Of a DNA stretch of 64,000 nucleotides, positions 57,664 through 64,000 are shown one piece after another (positions within the stretch are counted from its first letter, which is position 1; each line of letters opens with the position of its first letter). The notes under the pieces were generated by a model. That model saw nothing but the letters and a program-made list of their open reading frames with translations, did not search any database and had not been told where the DNA came from. This DNA is from Patescibacteria group bacterium (GTDB taxonomy: Bacteria > Patescibacteriota > Microgenomatia > UBA1400 > PJMF01): positions 338,785-402,784 of the forward strand of contig JBDTME010000001.1 of assembly GCA_039934415.1 (NCBI GenBank). Reading direction: 5' to 3'. The translations under genes were made by a program, and so were the position numbers.

Positions 57664-58074
57664 TTAACTCTTCTTTACTCCATATTTACTGCGACTGGTT
57701 TTGCGATTCGCAACTCCAGCACAGTCGTATTTTCCGCGAACAATATGATACTTCACACCTGGTAAATCTTTGACACGTCCACCACGAACCATCACCACCG
57801 AGTGCTCAGCCAAGTTATGACCTTCACCCATGATGTAGGCTGTGACTTCCATTCGATTAGACAAACGAACACGAGCAACTTTACGTAAAGCTGAGTTTGG
57901 TTTCTTTGGGGTCATGGTTTTGACAATCGTACAGACACCACGCTTCTGAGGACTCGTCGTCTTGACGTATCCTTTGGTGATGGTGTTATAACTCTTACGT
58001 AATGCAACGGCTTTAACCCGAACGCGCTTGGATTTGCGACCACCTTTACGGATGAGCTGATTGATTGTTGGCAT
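57664..58074 (-). CDS. rpsL: 30S ribosomal protein S12
   Basis: '[14 protein letters not shown]'; '[11 protein letters not shown]'. Confidence 0.95.
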   Translation of the reverse strand: MPTINQLIRKGGRKSKRVRVKAVALRKSYNTITKGYVKTTSPQKRGVCTIVKTMTPKKPNSALRKVARVRLSNRMEVTAYIMGEGHNLAEHSVVMVRGGRVKDLPGVKYHIVRGKYDCAGVANRKTSRSKYGVKKS

Positions 58075-58256
58075 AACTGTACCTTTAGATACTAAATGCG
58101 ATAATTTCTATTAAAACTTGAGGAAAAAGGAAAAGGATCTTTAAAAAAGAGGTTTTTTCCTTGTATTACTGCCCCTTTGACGGCGGCGTACTTCACACAA
58201 GTCTAGGTATTGTAGCACAGGACAGGAAAAGGGCAAGACTTGATGGAAACATGAGA

Positions 58257-58262
58257 TATAAT
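58257..58262 (+). promoter_or_regulatory. consensus -10 hexamer TATAAT upstream of the small ORF 58292..58504
   Basis: Perfect TATAAT about 30 nt upstream of the ATG. No well-spaced -35: the nearest TTGATG gives an 11-nt spacer, which is too short. AAGGAG Shine-Dalgarno sits at 58283-58288. Confidence 0.35.
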
Positions 58263-58291
58263 CGGAGAAATTAGTTGATACGAAGGAGTAT

Positions 58292-58504
58292 ATGGAAAGA
58301 GAGACAGCAGGCTTAGGTGTAATCTTAACAGGCATTGGGTATCTAACCTCTGGCGTGGGATGGGCAATTACCGCATATCGAACTTCAAAGACACAAAATA
58401 CAGAACCTCCTGTAGTCAGCTCCAAAGAGTTAGCACGACTTGAATTAGGAATTGGCGTTGAACTGATAGCTATCGGGACAATCAGGCTTCTTCTCGCCAA
58501 GTAG
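58292..58504 (+). CDS. small membrane protein (70 aa, two hydrophobic helices)
   Basis: AAGGAG three nt before ATG 58292, upstream TATAAT, and a strong terminator 90 nt downstream. 'GLGVILTGIGYLTSGVGWAITAY' and 'LELGIGVELIAIGTIRLLLA'. Confidence 0.5.
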   Translation: MERETAGLGVILTGIGYLTSGVGWAITAYRTSKTQNTEPPVVSSKELARLELGIGVELIAIGTIRLLLAK

Positions 58505-58594
58505 TTAATCGATGGCCCTTTGTATTTCTGTAAAGCTGCTCATTATAACCGTCCTGGTCTTCCCAAAGCTAGTCTTTGGGGAGTAACGAACCTC

Positions 58595-58631
58595 CCTCTC
58601 TCTGAGTAACATCAGAGAGAGGTTTTTTTTT
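58595..58631 (+). terminator. rho-independent terminator after the small plus-strand ORF
   Basis: 'CCTCTCTCTGA-GTAACA-TCAGAGAGAGG' perfect 11-bp stem followed by T9. A second hairpin 'CCCAAAG-CTAGT-CTTTGGG' lies just upstream at 58562-58580. Confidence 0.8.
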
Positions 58632-58660
58632 ATCCATCCCTTCTTCAATGCCCATATTCC

Positions 58661-58690
58661 AAAAAGGACCCCTTGCGGAGTCCTTTTTTT
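58661..58690 (-). terminator. intrinsic terminator downstream of rpoC (bidirectional)
   Basis: 'AAAAAGGACCCCTTGCGGAGTCCTTTTTTT': 7-bp stem with one mismatch, flanked by A5 and T7. Confidence 0.7.
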
Positions 58691-58717
58691 ATTTCTGTTT
58701 CTTAAAAGCTACAGTGT

Positions 58718-61700
58718 TTATGCTGCGATCTCTTCGATACTGGCGCGTTCATAACTGGTTGGGATTAACCGACCGATGATGACGTTCTCTTTGAGTCCGA
58801 TCAATGGATCCATAGCGCCACTGGTGGCTGCGTCAGTCAACACTGATGTAGTGTGTTGGAATGAAGCGGCTGAGAACCATGACTGAGTATAAAGAGCAAC
58901 TCGAGAGATTCCACCAATCATTACTTGACCAGTTGCTGGTTCTCCACCTTCTGCCAAGATCTTTTCATTGGTTTCTCGCAAAATACTGCGATCGACAATT
59001 TCTCCTGACAATAAGTGTGTATCACCACTTGTCTCGATTTTCACTTTATCACTCATGCGTCGAATGATGACTTCAAAGTGTTTGTCATTGATGGCAATAC
59101 CTTGAGACTCATACACTTTCTGAATTTCATCCAGTAAGTATTCTTGTGCTGCGCGCATGCCTCTCATCAACAATACTTCTTTGATATCGAGTGAACCTTC
59201 AGTCAATTGGTCACCAACGTGGACTAAGTCCGCGTCTGAGACAGCCAATTGAGCACCTAATGGAGCCGAGTACACTCGTTCTTCTACTGGTTTAGAAGTA
59301 GAACTGACCGTGATCTCATACCCATTTGGAGTTTCAGCAACTGCCACTTTACCGGAAATCTCAGCCATTGGAGCCAAGACTTTTGGTACGCGAGCTTCAA
59401 ATAACTCTTCGACACGTGGCAAGCCCTGTGTAACGTCAAGACCGACGATACCTCCAGAGTGTTTGACACGCATAGTCAGCTGAGTACCTGGTTCTCCGAT
59501 CGATTGAGCGGCGACGACACCAACTGGTAAGCCAATATCAACAACTCGTTTGGTGGAGAAGTCCCAACCATAACACTTGGCACAAAGTCCCACTGGGGCT
59601 TCACAAGTTAATGGTGAGCGTACCCAGACTGCTGGAACATCGGCTGCCACAATTGCGGCGACTTCGTCCTCTTCAATCATGGTACCTGCTTTGACGACAA
59701 CTTCTTTTGTCTTCTGATCAACGACATCTTTCAAAGCCGTTCGACCAGTAATACGCAATCCGAAAGCCTTTTCGCGTTTACCTTCTCGAATGATCTCCAA
59801 TCCCTCTTTGGTTTTACAATCAATCATACGGATGATCATGTCATGAGAAACGTCAACGAGTCTTCGAGTCAGGTAACCAGCATCTGCAGTTTTCAACGCA
59901 GAGTCAGTCAATCCTTTTCGAGATCCACGAGCGGAAGTCACGTATTCAAAAATTGACAAACCTTCTCGGAAATTTGATTTTGTCGGCATTTCCACGATCT
60001 TACCGAGCGGATCGACGACGAGTCCACGCATAGCAGCCAACTGTTTGACCTGATCTTTGGAAGCACGAGTACCTCCAGAGTTAATCATAATTTTGACAGC
60101 ATTGGTTTCGTCATAACTTTCCCAAGTTTTTTCAGCAACTTCATCTGTTGCATCCATCCAAATTTGAAGAGTCAAACGACGCTTCTCATCTTGAGTGATC
60201 AAACCTTGATTAAAGTTATCTTGAACGACCTCTGCTTTTTTGTTAGCAATTTCGACGATCTCCTTTTTCTCAGGAATCATCTTACAGTCAGAAACTGACA
60301 CCGACAAACCTGACAAGGTGGCGGCTTCAAAACCTAAGTTTTTGATAGCATCAATCAACTTGGAAGTCTCTGGACTGGTTTGGAGTTTGATCGACTGGCG
60401 AATCAACTCTTTAATCTTGCCGGCAGTGACTGGCTCATTGATGTACTTCATGAACTCTGGCAACACATCATTAAACATCATACGACCAACCGTAGTGTTA
60501 ATGATCTGGTTTTTACCCGCTGGGCCATATGGCAGGCGGACCATGATCTCTTGGCGCAATGCAATGTGCTCAGATTGGAATGCATGGATTGCTTCATCTT
60601 GAGAAGCAAACACTGCACTTGATTTTGGAACTGAGACATCAATGATTGTCTGGAAAAAGACTCCTAAAGCCATCTCTTTATTTGGGATGGTGATTGGAGA
60701 ACCATCTGCAGGTTTCAACAAGTTTTTCGATGGCAACATCAACTCACGAGCTTCTTGCTGAGACTCATCAGTCAATGGAATATGTACAGCCATCTGATCA
60801 CCGTCAAAGTCAGCGTTATACCCAGAACAGACACAAGGGTGCAAACGAATTGCAGCGCCTTCGATCAAAATTGGATAAAAAGCTTGAATACCGAGCTTAT
60901 GCAAAGTAGGAGCACGGTTCAACAACACTGGATGATTTTGAATCACTTTATCCAAGATGTCATAGACTTCTGGACTACGTCGCTCAAGTGCATGTTTGGC
61001 ACTCTTGACGTTTGGTGCTAAACCTTGAGTGATGAGTTCGCGCAGCACATATGGTTTGAACATTTCCAAAGCCATATCTTTTGGCAATCCACATTGATCA
61101 AGATTCAACTCAGGTCCTACGACGATGACACTTCGACCAGAATAGTCGACGCGTTTACCCAACAGATTCTGTCGGAAACGACCTTGCTTTCCGCGCAACA
61201 TTTCAGAAAGTGAACGAAGTTGTCTTTGAGTCGCTCGACGTGTTTTGCGAGCACGAGTACTATCGATCAAAGAATCAACAGCTTCTTGGAGCATGCGTTT
61301 TTCATTTCTCAAAATGATTTCTGGAGCACCAAGATCAATTAAGTGGCGCAAACGGTTGTTACGGTTGATCACTCTACGATACAGATCATTTAAATCTGAA
61401 GTCGCAAATCTTCCGCCTGACAGTTGTACCATTGGGCGCAAATCTGGAGGCATGACTGGTAAAATCGTCAAGAACATCCACTCAGGTTTGATGTCTGCTC
61501 GACGGAAACCTTCGACAACGCGCAATCTCTTTTTGAGTTTGACTGCTCGTGGTCCAGTAGAATCTTTGGCTTCTTCGATCAAAGTCTGTGACAATTCATC
61601 AAGATCAAGTTCATGGACTAATCTCAATAAACTCTCAGCACCCATCCCAACCTCTAAGTGCTCAACTGCACTATACTCATCGAGTTTGAGATACTCATCT

Positions 61701-62458
61701 TCACTGAGAATGGTACCTTTTTTAATTCTCTTGACCATTTCACGAACGGTTTTGTAGACTTCAGCAGTCTGCTCAAGCTCGGTGGTCAAATTGTCTTTAA
61801 TCGAGGCGATTTTTTGTTTGGCTTTCAGTTTTAACTCTTCAACTTTGAGTTCTCGAGTTTCTTTAGACTTCACTTTTTCAGTGAGTTGCTCGGTCTCTTC
61901 TGAGAGTTCGACTTTAATTTTTTCAATTGTATCTTTAGCATCTTCTCGCAACTGCTCTTGAGTCATCTCACCTTCTTCAACGAGACGATCCAAAGTTTGC
62001 TTTTTCATCTCTTCATCGACGACCAACACAATATATTGAGCAAAATACATGATTGAACTCAAATTGCGTGGACTGATATCGAGCAAGAGTGACAACTTAC
62101 TTGGAGCACCTTTGAAAAACCAGACGTGAGCTACTGGAGCAGCTAATTTGATATGCCCCATGCGTTCACGACGAACTCTGGACTGAGTGACTTCGACGCC
62201 ACATTTATCACAGATGATGCCTTTGTAACGAATACCTTTGTACTTACCACAGTAACACTCCCAGTCTTTGGAAGGACCGAATACGCGTTCACAAAACAAA
62301 CCATCTTTTTCTGGTTTGAGCGTACGATAATTGATCGTCTCAGGTTTTTTTACTTCACCATGCGACCATTCCATGATGCGTGCTGGTGAGGCAATCTGAA
62401 TTTTGACGGCTTCAAAATCGATAACTTGCGTGCGTAGTATGGGTTGTTGTGGGTTCAT
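58718..62458 (-). CDS. rpoC: DNA-directed RNA polymerase subunit beta'
   Basis: 1246 aa. Zinc motif '[23 protein letters not shown]' and '[12 protein letters not shown]' catalytic Asp triad. Confidence 0.95.
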   Translation of the reverse strand: MNPQQPILRTQVIDFEAVKIQIASPARIMEWSHGEVKKPETINYRTLKPEKDGLFCERVFGPSKDWECYCGKYKGIRYKGIICDKCGVEVTQSRVRRERMGHIKLAAPVAHVWFFKGAPSKLSLLLDISPRNLSSIMYFAQYIVLVVDEEMKKQTLDRLVEEGEMTQEQLREDAKDTIEKIKVELSEETEQLTEKVKSKETRELKVEELKLKAKQKIASIKDNLTTELEQTAEVYKTVREMVKRIKKGTILSEDEYLKLDEYSAVEHLEVGMGAESLLRLVHELDLDELSQTLIEEAKDSTGPRAVKLKKRLRVVEGFRRADIKPEWMFLTILPVMPPDLRPMVQLSGGRFATSDLNDLYRRVINRNNRLRHLIDLGAPEIILRNEKRMLQEAVDSLIDSTRARKTRRATQRQLRSLSEMLRGKQGRFRQNLLGKRVDYSGRSVIVVGPELNLDQCGLPKDMALEMFKPYVLRELITQGLAPNVKSAKHALERRSPEVYDILDKVIQNHPVLLNRAPTLHKLGIQAFYPILIEGAAIRLHPCVCSGYNADFDGDQMAVHIPLTDESQQEARELMLPSKNLLKPADGSPITIPNKEMALGVFFQTIIDVSVPKSSAVFASQDEAIHAFQSEHIALRQEIMVRLPYGPAGKNQIINTTVGRMMFNDVLPEFMKYINEPVTAGKIKELIRQSIKLQTSPETSKLIDAIKNLGFEAATLSGLSVSVSDCKMIPEKKEIVEIANKKAEVVQDNFNQGLITQDEKRRLTLQIWMDATDEVAEKTWESYDETNAVKIMINSGGTRASKDQVKQLAAMRGLVVDPLGKIVEMPTKSNFREGLSIFEYVTSARGSRKGLTDSALKTADAGYLTRRLVDVSHDMIIRMIDCKTKEGLEIIREGKREKAFGLRITGRTALKDVVDQKTKEVVVKAGTMIEEDEVAAIVAADVPAVWVRSPLTCEAPVGLCAKCYGWDFSTKRVVDIGLPVGVVAAQSIGEPGTQLTMRVKHSGGIVGLDVTQGLPRVEELFEARVPKVLAPMAEISGKVAVAETPNGYEITVSSTSKPVEERVYSAPLGAQLAVSDADLVHVGDQLTEGSLDIKEVLLMRGMRAAQEYLLDEIQKVYESQGIAINDKHFEVIIRRMSDKVKIETSGDTHLLSGEIVDRSILRETNEKILAEGGEPATGQVMIGGISRVALYTQSWFSAASFQHTTSVLTDAATSGAMDPLIGLKENVIIGRLIPTSYERASIEEIAA

Positions 62459-62487
62459 AGGGCTCCTAAATAGTTGAAATCGTAAAT

Positions 62488-64000
62488 TTACTCTTCAGTT
62501 GATTCGAGATCCTCTGCTGATGGTTCTAATGCTTCTTCAGTTTCTTCTTCTTCATTCTCCTCATCAGGATCATCTGAAGTACTGGCTTGAGTATCATCTG
62601 CAACTAAAGGAGTTGGCACTACTCCTGGAATTGGGTCGGTCATCAGCTCGTAGACACCTTTAGCATCTTCTTCTGCGATGATCTCCTCTTCCTTTTCAAC
62701 TGCTTCGATGAGTTGAATATCTAAGCCAAGTGAGTTGAGCTCTCGGACCAAAACATTGAACGATTCTGGAACCGATGGCGCTGGAATTGGCGTACCTCGC
62801 ACGATCGCTTCAAAAGCTTTGGCGCGTCCTACAACGTCATCTGATTTCAACGTCAACATTTCTTGGAGCGTATGTGCTGCACGATGAGCTTCGAGTGTCC
62901 AGACTTCCATTTCTCCAAGTCTCTGTCCACCCATTTGGGCTTTTCCACCCAATGGCTGTTGAGTGACGAGTGAGTATGGACCTGTTGAACGTGCGTGAGT
63001 CTTGTCTTCGACCATGTGGACGAGTTTCAAGATGTATCCAACGCCGACAACGGTGTCTTCACTGAATTTTTCACCAGTGCGACCATCAATCAAGCGAACT
63101 TTTCCATCGACTGGAAGTCCTGCTCTCTTGAGTTCACTCCAAATTTTATCTTCTTCAACTTCTTCAAAGACTGGCAAAGCAACTTTGTAGCCCAGTTCTC
63201 GTGCGGCCCAACCCAAGTGTGCTTCAAGCAGCTGACCTAAGTTCATACGTGCCAACACTGACAATGGTGAGATGATGATGTCGACAGGAGATCCGTCTTC
63301 CAAATGCGGCATGTCCGCTTGTGGAACGATCTTTGAGATGACACCTTTATTACCATGACGTCCTGCTAATTTGTCTCCAACCGTAATTTTACGAAGTTGG
63401 GCAACTTGAACCATGACTTTTTTGTTGGTTCCTGGATCGAGTTCATCACCCTTATCTTTGTCGAGTACTTTGACCCCAATCACGATTCCTTTTTCACCAT
63501 GAGGTAATCGGAGAGATGTGTCGCGAACTTCTCGAGCTTTTTCTCCAAAGATTGCTCTGAGCAATCGTTCTTCAGGTGTTAAGTCGGTCTCACCCTTTGG
63601 TGCGATTTTCCCGACTAGGATGTCACCTGGTTTCACTTCAGAACCGACGACGACGATGCCGTCTTCGCCCAAGTTTCGAAGTTCCATTTCAGAGACGTTT
63701 GGAATGTCATTGGTCAGTTCTTCTGGACCTAACTTGGTATCCATGACTTGGGCTTCATACTCATCAATGTGAATAGAAGTCATTAAGTCTTGATGAACAA
63801 GTTTGTCAGAAACAACGATAGCATCTTCATAGCCGAGTCCTTCAAATGAAGCGTAGGCAATAGTCAAATTAGTTCCTAGTGCTAGCTCTCCATTTTCAGA
63901 CGCAGGTCCATCGATTAACAGATCACCTTTATTAATTTTGTCACCTTTACGAACGGTGATGCGTTGGTTGTAACAAGTACTTTGCGCAGAACGCATAAAC
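62488..64000 (-). CDS. rpoB: DNA-directed RNA polymerase subunit beta, C-terminal part (gene continues beyond the window)
   Basis: '[14 protein letters not shown]', '[14 protein letters not shown]' and '[26 protein letters not shown]' conserved regions. Acidic C-terminal tail '[28 protein letters not shown]'. Confidence 0.9.
   Translation of the reverse strand, partial: FMRSAQSTCYNQRITVRKGDKINKGDLLIDGPASENGELALGTNLTIAYASFEGLGYEDAIVVSDKLVHQDLMTSIHIDEYEAQVMDTKLGPEELTNDIPNVSEMELRNLGEDGIVVVGSEVKPGDILVGKIAPKGETDLTPEERLLRAIFGEKAREVRDTSLRLPHGEKGIVIGVKVLDKDKGDELDPGTNKKVMVQVAQLRKITVGDKLAGRHGNKGVISKIVPQADMPHLEDGSPVDIIISPLSVLARMNLGQLLEAHLGWAARELGYKVALPVFEEVEEDKIWSELKRAGLPVDGKVRLIDGRTGEKFSEDTVVGVGYILKLVHMVEDKTHARSTGPYSLVTQQPLGGKAQMGGQRLGEMEVWTLEAHRAAHTLQEMLTLKSDDVVGRAKAFEAIVRGTPIPAPSVPESFNVLVRELNSLGLDIQLIEAVEKEEEIIAEEDAKGVYELMTDPIPGVVPTPLVADDTQASTSDDPDEENEEEETEEALEPSAEDLESTEE

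Noticed and set aside
58141-58500. Minus-strand 119-aa ORF in the rpoC-rpsL spacer
   Set aside because: No start-site signals and a low-complexity translation. The plus-strand 70-aa ORF has a promoter, an RBS and a terminator, so I preferred it.

Overview
This is a low-GC (roughly mid-30s %, judged by eye) bacterial chromosome segment. It uses the standard genetic code: TGA is used as a stop and RF2 is present. Its content and style point to a reduced-genome CPR/Patescibacteria-like organism, though I cannot confirm lineage from sequence alone. The supporting features are no L30 gene between rpsE and rplO, several ribosomal proteins with K/A/E-rich extensions, a minimal 110-aa TsaB, and many secreted or membrane-anchored hypothetical proteins with LTD/PEGA/SH3b domains alongside a complete D-Ala-D-Ala/MurF peptidoglycan step.

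The window divides into three parts.
- 1-26.5 kb: housekeeping and envelope genes on the + strand. These are gltX, a GT-C glycosyltransferase, a MraY/WecA-family transferase and a DPPR-synthase-like prenyltransferase, secG, ddl-murF, a cyclophilin, a MacAB-like exporter module, prfB, ftsEX with an EnvC-like M23 protein, tsaE-tsaB, HU, and one orphan ABC-2 permease.
- About 26.6-33.4 kb: an accessory island, mostly on the - strand. It holds a 486-aa orphan protein, an M19 dipeptidase-like hydrolase, an APH-family kinase, and several membrane or small proteins.
- 33.4-64 kb: an ABC-2 transporter operon, then the conserved minus-strand block rpsI-rplM-rplQ-rpoA-rpsD-rpsK-rpsM-rpmJ-infA-adk-secY-rplO-rpsE...rpsJ, a hypothetical gene, tuf, fusA, rpsG, rpsL, a small promoter-equipped membrane-protein gene, rpoC, and the 3' part of rpoB.

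The most unusual signal is in the island. Five copies of a ~105-120 bp element (29.3, 30.2, 31.0, 32.1 and 33.2 kb) punctuate every cargo-gene junction. Their substitution pattern shows coding constraint in one plus-strand frame, so they look like copies of a ~38-57 aa mini-gene rather than simple intergenic repeats. I found no rRNA, tRNA or CRISPR array.
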